Shown here: positions 26,257 to 40,397 of the stretch, piece by piece
Layout of the letters: every line of letters starts with the position of its first letter
Numbering within the stretch: the stretch's first letter is position 1
Assembly (NCBI RefSeq): GCF_000150275.1
Contig: NW_002060943.1
Location: 12,595,694-12,659,693 of the forward strand
DNA length: 64,000 bases
Reading direction: 5' to 3'
Source: Trichoplax adhaerens
Lineage: Eukaryota; Animalia; Placozoa
The notes under the pieces: generated by a model
What the model saw: only the letters and a program-made list of their open reading frames with translations
The model's database searches: none
What the model was told of the DNA's origin: nothing
Position numbers and translations under genes: made by a program

Positions 26257-28417
26257 TTTATCGTAATCATTGAAAGTTTATCCATATCATAGTGCTATCC
26301 AATCCATTTCATTCAATTGACATCGTTTAGTTTACAAAATTATCGTAACTTTCCCAGTAAACAGTAAGCTTCTACTACTGCGCTTTCGATACTATAAGCT
26401 AGCATAACTAAATACGCTGCTATTACATACTCGTAATACAAGCAGTTGTACGGAAACCGGCGACTCGCAAAAATGATTTATCTTCATTATTTTGACTATT
26501 CATTTGATTAATAGGCGGACAAAAGATTGATTCACAACCAATTTTTCCCCGATCATCATTGTATCACGTCTAACCTATTGCTATTGCATGGATTATTCTT
26601 GAAAGTTAACATCTCAATGGCATAGTCCTAATAAATAGTCGACGAAGCGCACTAATTGTTCTGTACTTGCAAATTCCATAACTTATTGTCTAACATCGTT
26701 GTCTTATCATTCAAATCTAGACAAAAGCTATGTGATTAAAAAATGTTACGACATCAAAGTTACCTTTTTCTAGTCAAATAAATTATAATAGTGACAGTAA
26801 TATTTTATTTTCAAAAATTTCGATGATTTACTGCGATGCTATCAACAGCGTGTAGGATTAACGCTAGGAAGTTAATTGGCATCGAATAAAACCTAAACAA
26901 AAATATACGATATGAGTTAGATACAGTTTGATATTTTTTAAAAATTGCCGCAATATTTCCTTTTCAGTATTGTATTTGAGTGTTATTTCAAAAATATATC
27001 CTTAGATTATTATAACACTGCAATTAAAGATTGCCATTGTATATTTATAAGGTGTTATGCAAATCCTCTGTTGAATTGACTTTAAATGAATAAGTTAAGA
27101 AACGATGAGGGAAACAAAATATTGCAAGTTTAGTTTTGAAATTGAAATATATCAAAAGTATAGTAGCATGCAAATGTGAATAATTGAATAATCTTTTGCA
27201 TGTTGTTGAAATTAAGTTCTTCTTTTTGCAATAAAGAACCTTGGGCTATTACTGAAGAAGTCTCAATTTACCGATTGTCATATTTTATTCAGCAAATAAG
27301 CAAGCCATACTATATGGGTACTGGTAGCCATTTACGTGCAGATATGGGTATCTAATAGCAAGAATTAAAGTTGTTGGATTCGTTAATGATAAGTATAACC
27401 TTGACAAACCAGCTTCGAGGCAAAGATAACGTAAAAATTTTTAAATTATTATTGTCTCCGGGATTCAGTATCCCTTAATTATCTCACAAAAAATTTAGAC
27501 GCCTTTGCTTCTATGTTAAACAACTATAGGACTCTCCTTTCATCCTACTATCTGCTGAGCTTAAATACAGTACTCTTTGGCAGCAGCTATCATGTATGAT
27601 TCATAATAGTTCACGAAATATGGTTCATATTGAATAGCTTAATTAATACAGAAATTATTTATGATCTTAGACATGTCCTGAGCGATTCTACATAATTCGA
27701 TTATAGAATATCCATACAAAGAATTATTTATAGTATCACCTATAATTGAATATCTTCAGGATATTCATCATAAACGTTACAAGACATAACACTATAATCA
27801 ATTAACATTAGTTACCGTATAAGAACTCTTACTACAGTGCAGCGTAATTTATTGTAACAAAATAATAACTACCGTAGTTATTACTGTATGTCATTATTAG
27901 TTATGTCCGTATATAAATGTTAACCACTAAATTTAGCCATTCACTCTTCACGGTAGTTCGTACTGTGCAATAACTAATTACAAACTCGCAATAAGTAGTA
28001 ATTTTAACTGTGTCCCGAGTCTATTTGATGCAATTACTGAATTAGTTAACGCGTTTAGGTTATCCATAACTGGAGATACAAAATCATTGCATCATGAATC
28101 ACATCGAAATAACTGGTCATATTAAACTTTACTTTATTCCTATCATCGTTCTGACTTCCTATGCGTTTGAATTTCTAGCGATAGCATGTTGCTCCAATAT
28201 ATTCGTAGATGAATTTCATTTCATAGCGTGGATAAATGCTCAGATTATGTTTTATTTGTTTAATAAAATGAAAAAAGGTTCTTAAGTATTTGCGTTAATT
28301 ACGCTATTTTTACCGCTTTTACAAAGATTGTAAAAATATCAAAATATTGAAACATAAAATCAGTTAAACATATAAAGATGAACGTCTAATACTGACTATA
28401 ATGATTTTCTACAATAA

Positions 28418-28966
28418 CTAGGGTAAGCCCGCGAACACAGTTCGCGGTTCACTATTTGTTCACATTCAGCTATCAAATTTTACAATTGCGGTTACACTTG
28501 AACGTAGCCTAACCTGCAAGACATATCATGCACACAGATGAGATGCCTTATAAAGTTCCAGTACGACATCATCTCTACGCGAAGTCTAATCCTTCGTTTT
28601 GTAATATATTGACAGCGTATTTTTGCAAACTGTATTTGGTAATTTGCAAAGAAATCCGTATTCAACATTCATTCACCTATGTGTTCATATGCTGGTCGTT
28701 GCAATATTTTGAGCAGCATGTACTGTATTCTACTACTACTATATTGATTGACAGTAAGTACGGAGTATTTGCACGCATTCTCTACACAAATATCCGGGCT
28801 CAAAAACTGCAACTTTTATAGTATGTTCCATACGTTGTTGATAATAAAATACTGTACAGTGTACACTCAAACAGCCAACCAATCAGATGCGAGAGATTGC
28901 CGACACACAAACACACAGATAAAAAGCGAACCAAATAATTTTAATAGATATAGATATAAATATAGA
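28418..28966 (-). mobile_element. Non-autonomous Helitron (~550 bp)
   Basis: On the minus strand: A|TCTATATTTATATCTATATCTATTAAA...TGTGTGTTTGTGTGTC 5' end; 3' GC hairpin (perfect 8-bp stem at + 28429-28436 / 28440-28447), then 7 nt and CTAG|T. Inserted between A and T with no TSD. The 5' end could instead be 28954 or 28948 because TCTAT is repeated. Confidence 0.75.
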
Positions 28967-29832
28967 TAATTTTGAAAAAGCGGTTCTGATCATCCATGAT
29001 ATCTTCAAATGAATATAATTTTCTACATAGAGACGGTGAGTAATTATAGTGGTACTTAATAGTTAAGCGTAACAAGAAGTTAGCTCTAAGCGTAACTCGT
29101 TAATCCTACTAACCTTGTTTAAAAGAAAATTGCAATTAAAAGCCGACATCGTAGCTTATACGTTTTTCGAGTTTTAAAAAATTATGTAACTTATATTATA
29201 ATTAAAAAAGTCTCAGATTTTAGAAATACTATAATCGTACGCAACGTAAATGTAGCAACTTTTGTGAGTCAAAACTGAAGATTTTATGATGATACGAAGA
29301 ATGTAAATGATGCATTATTAAATATTCAAGCGACATAGACTTTATTGCCGTCCACTTAGAAACTTGCAAGAGGTGGAAGATAGCTTTATCTTTACCACGC
29401 TAACCGTTAAATACCAAGTGCAAAATTTCGGCATAAATTTGAACCATTTTACGCTTATTCTAAACCAACGATCGGAGACTTTGGTTTATCATCATCCTTG
29501 CAATATCTGCGTATTCATGCCTAACCAAAACAGTTTATCTTTAGCAGTCTAATCGATTTCTGTTATAAGTTTAGATTACTCACAACTACTTTATCTCAAT
29601 ACAAAACTATAATCGATCAGTCCATACAAATTACTTTGAGAATTATGTTCGCTGAATTATGTACGGAAGCGACTTTTAATATTGAGAATATGTTTAAAAG
29701 TTAATTGATGCGAATTGATTGAATCATAGCTTATAATATTTTCTAATGAAAATATGCGAATACTAATACATTGTAGTAACTTTAATCGCATCATAATGAT
29801 AATATTAGTAATATTCTTCGTAAGCAAATGAC

Positions 29833-32800
29833 TTAGAACATCATTTCTATCGCTCAATAGCACAAAATAAGTAAATGTTTAGTAAACTATGTACGATGAA
29901 ATAATTTATGTTTCGCCAATAACAAATTAATCTGTTAATGGTTCAAAGCTAATTATAAAATTACCTTCGACGAACGACTCTCTCAAGTTCTCTTCATTTA
30001 CACCATTTGGCTGTTAAAATCAAATAAATCAGAAATTTACAAACGATTTATGAAATGTAAGTTGGAAAATATGGGTGAAATATTGATTATCTGATAGGGT
30101 CTATTAATATTTTAACTTACTAAAAATATAAAACTTGAAATAACTTCTGTCGGTTTCCCGTTTTTCCCTTCACATTGTATGATTATTTGACAAAGTTCTG
30201 CTGGCTCATCATCAGACAGTTGACATCGGTATGTGACTGAATAAATATTTCTCGCATTCCAGTTAATGTAAATATCTTTGATGCTATCTTTTGAATCAAC
30301 TGAGTTATGAATTAGATAGCTCGAGAGAAATTTAATTTGATAGTAACCGTTCTTCAAGCAAGTAACATCTTCCAAATCATTAAATAATTCATGCTGCTTA
30401 ACAGATTTATACCGCTTTGGTTCATATGGAATACCTTTTTGCGTAATAACAATTTCAATGAAAGCTGAGCCTTTGCCAGTTACCGATAGAAACACTCTGA
30501 AGTCAATCTGCTGCTGTAAGCGAAGACTAAGAAATTGTGGACTTTTTGCACTGAAGTTCTTAGATGGCCGCTCAGAATGATTTATTCCAGCACAAAAGTA
30601 GGCAAAATGATCAATTTGGAAAACACACGCTTTTTCTGTCCTTTTTAAAGGATTTCCAATATCATCATCTGTTGACCATTTTGCATACAGATTCTTGCCA
30701 GAAAACAATTGTATCAAGTTTTTTTCTTCATCATCTATCAAACTAGATGGTTTCGATTCCATTCCATGAAAGAAAGGCAATTGTAAAGTCGGATATTGCG
30801 AGTTCTTAATCAATTCTAAACGATCAGGCTCAATTCTAATAATTGGTGATAGCAGTGTTGCTTTAATATTTTGAATACCATAGTTGTACGGTGGATCTGC
30901 AAAATAAACGGTTATAGTAATTTCTGTATCTCTCGCTAAACATTCTACAGGAATTTTTAGCTCAAAGCCAGGCAAGGACTCCATTTTGATGATGTTATTT
31001 TCATTGGCTTTACACAAAAATTTTTCAGATGGGTATTGAGTCATGACTATAATGTAATAAATGAGGTAATTATATATATATACACGTATGAAAGATTAAA
31101 TCTTTTTATTCAGGCTATATCAAGAGAAAGATAATTTATTACATCTAATGGTCTAAAATTGATAGATTGCAGAATAAAATTATAGTAAGCAATAAGTAAT
31201 TATCAGCTATACCTTCTGGTCGTTCTTTAAGTCTTGATGTTGCGCAACGGTACAATTGTTGGCCGATAGCTTTGATCTTCTCTAGGGAACTGGCAGATAA
31301 AGCAGAAGCCAATTCATAAAACTTTAGCTGGGCCATGCATTTTAGTAACATCACCATGTGTTTTTCATCTCTTTCTTGAGATGAAATATTCAAAGAGAGA
31401 CTTTTCTCTCTCGCAGAAAGCAACAAATTGCTTTGTATATATTTCTTTACTTCCTTGAATATGTCTGGGTCCGACAAAGATTTGAGCAAAAATTTACTTA
31501 TTATTTCGTTAATATCGCAATTTGGTAAAATTGACTTCCAATTGGTTCCTAAAAAATATAGTATTTCCGTTGTAAGTCTTATTGCCATGTAAGTAATTGC
31601 TAAATTTAATAAATTTATATTTTTATAAATAGCTGTTTTAAGTTATCCTGTGATTGACTCGTCATTAACGGCCAGCCAATAAATCAATTCATTGCTTAAT
31701 TTTAAGTAAAATAGTCCGTTGGAAGTAAGTATACAGTTACCGTTTAGGTTATTTTCTTTCATAAGATGGCAATTATCGCTTCTTTCCTGTATTTCTAGAG
31801 TTGCAGTAACTTTAGGTTAAAGAATTACATGTTTAAAATGTGAAATTTACAATTTTGAAAAATGTTAAAGTTAGTTTGACAATTGTTTAAATTTTATTAG
31901 ATTACTTAATCTGTAACAGCAGTTGGGATGAATATAACGTGATTTGCTGACAATATTAGTACATTATCATTTCTATTAGATTTGCAAGTGATGAAACATT
32001 AAAAGTAAATATCATAGTTTCACTGTTTTTAAAAGCGCAGGCGCTTGAAAAAACTTTAAATGCAGCACAATTAAAAATATCTGTTGCTTATAATGCTATT
32101 GGTAGCTAAATTCTTTATAATGCCAATTATACTTGAATACGAACAGAAAATTAACTGTTGCTATGCTGAACATCAATTTATTTTATGGCAAAATTTAACC
32201 AGTATCATTAATTCTTTGTTCGATTTACTTAATTTTAAATACCGTATAAATCCATTTTAGGAGAACTAATCCAACTTGAATCAATTAGACATGCTGCATA
32301 CGAGCCTTATGATATCAACAGTCGAGTAACTATCACAAATAGTTTAATTTCAAACTACAGTTGTTGACAAATTACATGCTTTAAGATTCGATAAACTTCA
32401 TTTATACGTGAAAAGTCAGGATTAAATTTTACTGTACTGTCTATATGCAGAGTCATTTTTTCTTATCTATCTTCCTATCTTGTATAAGATTGGTCGCTTC
32501 AGTACGTTACGCTGGTTTTTGGGTAAATAATAAACTAAATATCCATTACCGGTTACCGCTTGTCAAATTTTGCGCCAAAAGATTACACCCAGAAAACTGT
32601 CATGACCTTTAAGGCTTAATTTGCTAAGCTTTACTTTACTAACGCTGCTTCTGTCTGGGTTCCTCTTAGGATTTAAATGTGGTCTACGACTAATTTACTT
32701 ACCCATTTCAGGTTTCCCGATATCATTCGGCGTTTTATCATGTTTCTTATTTTGAAATGAATCATCATTTCGATCATTCGTATCTTGCAAAATAATATAC

Positions 32801-32931
32801 ACAGTTTCTATATGTTGTCCCTTTGTAGGCTTCGTTGAGTTCTTGATCACTGGTTGATTTGATTCTTTGCGAAAAGTATACAGGAAATTATCGGAGTTGA
32901 AATTTGGCGAAGGTTTAGATTTCGTATCCAT
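29833..32931 (-). CDS. Gene D: low-complexity leader - CARD-like - ZU5 - UPA-like protein (~534 aa)
   Basis: Exons 32931-32703, 31794-31741, 31548-31213, 31046-30121, 30010-29965, 29846-29833. All in frame with GT-AG. Exon sizes 336, 46 and 14 nt are identical to those of paralog G. Confidence 0.75.
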
Positions 32932-33288
32932 AATGATGCAGGTTTATCAAAATTACTCATTGACTTTCTATTTCTAAAGCTGGCAAATCCATTCTAAAAA
33001 TTTTAATATACTAGCAATATTTAAAATTAAACGACCGTTGAAGGATTAACCCGATCGTGAACAGCCAATTACCAAAAGAAGTTATTTGCATGGCGACTCG
33101 TTAATAATGCTCTATAGAGCGTCCAATTATGCTTATTTTCGATCGTCAATATAATTCATTATTACTCTTACAATTACCAGCCTAAGATATTACGTAAAAC
33201 TGTACGCTATTCGAAATCGCAGTCTTTGTCTCGATGGACCCATTATATTACATATCTAATAAATAATTATCTCTATTCATCATGTTTC

Positions 33289-33516
33289 TTAAATTGCTTT
33301 TTCAGCTGCCTTTTTCCCATCGGGGTTTATTCTATTGTATTGCGAATAATGTTTGCTTGCTGTGACTGTATTATTGTTTACTACAATTTCGTAAATTAGG
33401 ATAGCGTTTACACCTACTCCTATAACCAAAATCGTAGAATTGATGAAACTTAAAAGTTTAAGAAAACGATTACGGTGATCAAATCTTTCGTGGTTTGTCA
33501 CACCATGAGAATTCAA
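33289..33516 (-). pseudogene. Possible relic of a class A GPCR (TM1 region only)
   Basis: One hydrophobic helix ILVIGVGVNAILIYEIV resembling the TM1 GxxGN motif, then an ICL1-like TVTAS. No further TM helices, and the ORF starts at TTG. Confidence 0.3.
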
Positions 33517-36500
33517 TAAAATTTTTGATTTAATTGACTATGAAATTTTTAGGCTGAATTATATTTAAAATTGTTTGTTGTAATAAATATTAGTTTCGAT
33601 GCAAATGCATCTTACTATTAATTATAATGCTTAGATACAATTAAATTAGCATAAATTTGAATAACTTGCGTCAGATAGAAAGTTTCAGTTAAATAACAAT
33701 GGCTACTAATAGTTGACAGAGATTTTATTGTCACAAATTGACAACATGTTACCCGTCCCTTTTAATCTTACTTCTCTATATCTAGATGTAAAATTGTTTT
33801 GTGATCTCATCAGTGTTTTTAATTAACCTTATAAGTAGATATAAGTATCTATCTAACTAATACTTAAATCTACTTACAATGTTAACGGTACAGTCTACCT
33901 AATTCTCCCTTCCTTACACAATTTTTATTCTCATTACCAAAATCCGAAGTAATTGTTTCTAAACTGGAGGCTGTGTTGTCATTTCGGTTTTAATCGTATT
34001 GGATTACGTGGCGCTTTATAAATTAAGGCTTGTGATAGTCATTAATTTAGGATTGGATATTGCAACCGCTTTTCCATTCTTATAGATTTTATTTATCCAG
34101 ATCATAATTGGTGGCATAGATTGCTAAGATTTTTTCAGTTATTGAAACGTTTAATATTTATTAACTCTTATCATTATTTCTGAGCAGTTACCGAGCAAAG
34201 TTTACAATAGTCCCTAAATAAAGATAAAGCTTAAGTAATATTTCTACCGTCATTTCGTAATTTCCGCAAGGAGCATAAATTTGATCGTCATGCGGCCATT
34301 TTAACTATAACTTGCACTTGCTACTACCAATGCCCGCTCATAATGTTTCGTAAACACTTACAGGAAACAGAAAAAATTTATACTAACGAAATATGCTTTA
34401 GCTCTCTACAATTCGTAAATCAACCCAAAATATTATTATAGAAAGCCGTTTTCGATATCAATGTAAAATGTATCGATCTAGGCCGATTGCGTACGACAAC
34501 TACCGTACTTATATTATTCGATATTGAACGCGCTTTAAATTAAAAACACATTCAGTTTTACATCGGCTGATATAATATAAATACTAAGGACAAATTGGAG
34601 GTTGGAATACTCTACTGTTCCACTTCAGTAATTTTACAATTATGAAAGTTCAAAAATGTTGCGATGTTCCTATTCTTTGATTCATATCAAATATGTACGG
34701 TAAAATTGAAACAACTATATGATGAATAAAATGACTTGCCAGCCACGCAAATGTTCCAGCTATCGATTTGCTCCGAAATTAACTAAACTTGTTAATTAAA
34801 TTATCAAAATTGCTCCTAATGAGCTGAAGATATTTAGCAGTAATCCTACTGCCCTTGCATTTCTTTTACTTTTTTCTTATTCTTACTTGTTTATTTCACG
34901 CCTTAGGTCTATTATGCTATATCTTAGTCATTAATCTAGAAAATTCGTTCTATTATAATTGTAACAGCCAACTGATTTTGATTTCCGCTATGAAAATGCA
35001 ATAATTTACGTATTTTTATCGCACCAAATGTAACTCTTAGTACTCTCACTCTTATTCTCATTATTTACCCACATCAGCTATGTTTTACGCGTATTTATCG
35101 TTGCTACAAACTGACTGGTTTCCGGTACTTCTGATTGCAGAAATTCGGTTAACCTAATCTTCTTAGCTTTAATAATAATGTATATACAGTGTTTGCTTTT
35201 ATTGCACATGCTCTTAAAAATGAAAGGAAATTAACTAAATGTCTTATGAGAGCATAATATATCTTAATGATCTATAAATATTTAACATTATTAACTGTGC
35301 TTTAGCAATGACAGATTATCTACATAAATTATAATTTTTAGAAGGATTAGAAAGATGGAAGTATTAACTTTTCTTTGATATACGGGATACTTTGGTGGCG
35401 AAGTACAAACTACTTCCTTGTAAGATAAATCGTGATGTTGCACGTATTAAGTTATCTGCATTCATAAATCCCTTCCAGCTCCTATTTATCAGTTTAAATT
35501 CTTATGGTAATGACATTTTTAAGGTTATAAAACTGTCTAAAATAAATAGTGATTCTAAAAACTAGCAGCGTAAGTTCTAAGGTATTCTTTTCAGAGCTGT
35601 ATGATAGGTATAGTAGATTCTTTCTAGTAATCAATTAACTGGCCTAGTGATATCCGATTTTTGCTGGTATGTAAATTTGATCTAGTTCTGTCTAGATTTT
35701 AAAACTGGCAATGTTGAAGCGATGATTAGTATTAGATTTTATTTTTATACTAAATTTACCTTAGAAACAATTGTTATCTGTTTTAAATAAATAGAATATG
35801 ATAATGCTAAAATAGATTGACTCAAGCCTGTAGTATAGATGCTTATGGTAAAGTTTAGTAGTAGCTTTCACAAGAACTTAAGAAATTTAGGATTATCTGA
35901 ATTTAAAAAATTAATTATGTTTAGATCTAACTCCTTCAAGTGCTACATTGTGTGCCATGCTTTATTACTGAGATGACTAATAGATGTCCATTGGTCACTT
36001 AACATCCAAAATTTTACCTGCCAAACCATAGATCGCTAGATGGAACTGGAGTATAAATCTTAAAGTCAAACTGAGTAAAAAGCTACTATTTTTTTCGAAT
36101 TGCTCGATTTTTTAAAGCTTCATAATTCTGATTGGTTCTTAAATCATAAAACTACTAGCCTATCATCTTCTAAATCATCTTACATAATCTCATTATCAAA
36201 AAACAGTTTTGCAAAGTTACGAAACTTTCAGAAATATCTCAAGAAATTTCATAAGAAAATATCATTCTAAAATATTAAGTCTATAAAGTAATCATCGTGT
36301 CCTTCTAGCTAATATATCTCAATCTAGCTAATAAATAACCTTGATCATCAAGAATTAGCTATTAAAATAATAATCAAGATAGCTTTACCGATAATATAAC
36401 AAATGATTTCTGTTACTGTAAAAAGTATACCAAAATGGAAGTTTGACATCAATACAATTTCAAGTTATTAGAATGAAATATAAATATTTTTGAATTAATT

Positions 36501-37849
36501 TCAGTCCATCTCTCTAATGTATCGCTGTAGTGAAGCTGCTAGATAAGCTATTATTGTCAACATCTTATGTAAATGTGAATTAGATATAACTTAAGATAAT
36601 ACCAAAATCTTAGTTCTGTAAGTGTTGAGTTATGTTTGTCATTACTGTTATGTTGTCAAGAACTTAGATAACGTATTTAAGCAGCCATGCTTTTCTGTCA
36701 TTGTTATTCTTAGTCCTTCTTTTCTAAGATCTGCCGTTTTAGGAAGTTTTTCTTGTCCGTCGGAGTTTGTTGTGCTATTGCGTCCGTATGATCTCAATCG
36801 ATAGAGAACCAGTAATAAAATTTGCTATTCTAAAATCGCTTATGTGAAATATACTTTAATTACAATTAGTAGAACAGGTTTTGTTACAATTGCAGAATCA
36901 ATATCGTGAAATGCTTTACTGGCAAAGATTTAGACTTTGTTGAGAGATGCCAACTCAATATCAAAGCCTTAGTTGAGTATCGATAGTAGGTTTGTATTAA
37001 CTCATAATTTGATCTATCTTTAACAAAACCCTAAGGATATAGAGTAAAGTGCATTAACAAGAAAGTAAACGAGTTTTTAGTGCTTCGTATTACCGTACTA
37101 TTTCACAATCAGTTAAGAACAAGTTCCCAGGCCAAAATGAAAATTTATAAAAATCAATCTTGTGATTATACCGGTAATGATTGAGGTATCTCTATCTAGT
37201 GTTAATACTAGCAACCGTATTATAGGTCGGCACTACTTTCGGCTAGTTTATGAGAAAGAAATTTGACAAGTAATCAGAATTATTGTATAATTAACTACCA
37301 ATTCCTACCCTCTTTTATTAATTCAAAAAGATCAGGTTGCATGCAGCGCGCGCTTCGTTCGCACTGACAAAGCAATATAATTGTATGATTTTAAACAGTA
37401 GATTTATTAGTAAAGTTAGTATAATCTATAATTATGGAGTAGAATTAGAAGTCTAGTTGTATAAATGTAAATACTCTATACTTAAAAGATATGACATTAG
37501 TAATCATCACAATTATTATACAGCCCGTAATGCTGTAACAATTATAAGGTTGTAACGTAAATATTAAATAGCAATTCATAGCATTTACCAGTTTGCGGCT
37601 TCTAAATTCAGCATATCTAGAATTTAGGTGAATACAAAACAGCACTATCAAAGGGATTACAGCTATACGACTTGTAACTGCAAATGCATATCATTTTACT
37701 TTGTCGTACATTCCATCTAGCCTTTTTACGAATTACGGTATTATCGAAATTATAGTATAATATCATGAAAGCAATATAGACCCAATTTCTGTATTTTATT
37801 TTCTAATTTGTTGATTTAGTCTGTCTTATCAGTTAATTAGTATGTCATT

Positions 37850-37918
37850 GTCACAAACTTATGTTGCGAACTACTACACTAAACTAATAGATTACTTATG
37901 CCTTGCTCCTTTACACCT
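37850..37918 (+). repeat. Dispersed non-coding repeat, copy 2 (copy 1 at 6553-6621)
   Basis: 57/69 identity to 6553-6621, ungapped. Confidence 0.75.
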
Positions 37919-40397
37919 GAAACAGTCATATACTGTATATTGCAACTGCTGATTTTAGACAGACTATTCCGGATTAAATTGTAGATGTAATAACGGCAAT
38001 GACTAGCTAATTTCTTTGCTACGGGTTGCAGAGAATCTACTTAATATAATTAGAATTTTGAAGTAGGCAAGAAATTTTGTCAAATGTAGGATAGTGTAAT
38101 CTAAAGGTATTTCTATCTGAGTGAGTATAATTAATTTTCAGATTAATTTAGTCAAGTACATTAAGACTATTACTTCTCAACAAAGATGCTTCTAATAACG
38201 CCTCTGTAATGACCATATGAAGGTAATGAAATTTATGTAGATTGAAAAGTACAGGAGTTAGCGAGAATAATTTTATGACCAGAACAACGTAACTAAGTTG
38301 GTACTTTAGTGGTAGTTGACTTATTATGGTCGACAAGCCTGCTCCTTTATATTTTCATCCCTCCGAATTTAAGCTACATTATAAAACTTCTTTTATTACA
38401 ATTTAAGTCGCATAAGCTTTGAATGTTTCAGGATGAATAAATATTGGCACTCTTCCCTTAATTTGTTTGGTATAAGTAGTGAACAACCAATTGCCTTTTA
38501 CTGTGATTCCAGCACATTGAAAAATCACTTACTTTACTAAATATATTTTAGAATATGCATAGAAGCATTAGCTTTAATAAATGTATTAGACATTGCTAAA
38601 CATTCGAGTATTTTTATTCATCTCAAATTTACAATGCATGATAATACAGTATCTTTTTATGTAATGTGATATAGTCGCTATCATGTTTAAGAGCTTATGT
38701 TAGCTATTCAACAAAACAGTGAATTTTAAATAGACTATTTCAGAGTTACAAGCCTCAATTTCAAGACATTTTAGGATAAGATTTGTGAATCAGTAGCAAC
38801 GAAAGCACTTTGACAAATCTTCTTGTCGTATCTTACAGTTAATATATTCGTAGATCCTTCTATGCTACTGATTCGCATCAATAATGTTTCATTTGATACC
38901 GCAGGCAATATTATTTCATCCATTATTATTTATTTGCAAATTTATATAAAGATATAGTAGATTTCAGCTATACTAAAGTAGTACTTCAATACTCTTGGGA
39001 TTTTTCAAGTCACAGCACGATTAGTTTAGCATTGCTATACCGTATTTAATTGCGAATAGTCCGAATTAAAAATAAAAATCGTTTAAATAAGCATATTAAG
39101 GACTTTCACGAGATATTTATTATTAAATAATCGAATTCAATGAAGACCTGCTTGTACCAGGCAATAGGTCCATTTGCACGGTCAACCAAAGTTTAGTAAT
39201 CTAGAGTTAGGGGTAATAAAAGCAGTCGATGTTAATGAGTCTTGTTAGCAGATTAGGCGTGAATTATTATTCCATTTGAATCAAAGAACTTATAACTAGA
39301 GTTTATGTCCTAAATGATATTTTGTGAATAGTCGTTATAAATGATGTATTATTATCGTAGATCGGCAAAGAGACGATTGCCTACTATAACATAGTAGCTC
39401 AGATTATTTACAACTGCAGTGTAAAAGATCTGTAACTATACATATAGAAATCTAGGCATATTATTTTATATAAGCGCAGACTAGTGATAAATTTGTTTAA
39501 AATATAATACTGTCCATTGGGTTCATTATGGACTTCCAATACTCTACTGCTGTGGACAACAGTGGAATGTAATAAGAAGCTCAAGGCTACGCCAAGGACA
39601 AATGATCATAATTTAATTTTAGATGAATAAATTCAACAATTGAGATGGAGATTATTTAAAAATAATTAACGAAAAGAAGCAATTAGATAATACGGTAAAT
39701 TTATGTGGTATTGATAACAAAATTCAGTGCATTATCTTAAAATACGCGTAGGTCTAGTCTAAGTCATTCAAGTCAGTCTTTGACTTTGCAAGCTTGTTTG
39801 ATCTCTAGGTGATTTGGTTACATTGCAAGTTGACTAGGATATACAATAGCGCGGTAAATAATCTAGCATAGCCATATGTTCAATAACAGTGCAAAGATTA
39901 AATCATAATGGTAAGATCAGATTGAGTTTGTGTTACTATAAGCCTAAAACACACCACGATAATAAATAATGTCTTGTATGGACTGATTCATGATTTTAAG
40001 ATCTGACTGATAGTAAGAGTGCAACTTGAATATACGAATCAATGTTGTTATATTCAAGTGTTTTACTAATATGATACAAATGATGAATTAATTAATCAGA
40101 AATAAATTTAATTCCATAATAATAATGACAGGAATATTGCTATATCATCACAATCTGTGATAGTATTGTAATGTTATAAAACGTACTATTATCGCAAATC
40201 ACCTCTACTGACTTACCTATAAATAATTATGATGCGTATCAACATGCCTGTCTGATAATGAATTGTTTTTGTCTGTTAAATTAATAAGATGATTAAAAAA
40301 ATCATCAACAAAATCGGCACAATAATATTTCTATCGCCAATGACTTTGTAAGAAAATGTGACTATGAACTGTTTGAGTAAACAGTGCCAACATTTGT

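Noticed and set aside
28528-28969. Plus-strand ORFs of 97 and 73 aa
   Set aside because: They lie inside the non-autonomous Helitron and show no Rep/helicase motifs.
36645-36825. Minus-strand open frame (QILLLVLYRLRS...KFLTT*) as a mirror copy of CARD exon X
   Set aside because: No CARD pattern and no similarity to X; the nearest acceptor is phase 0.
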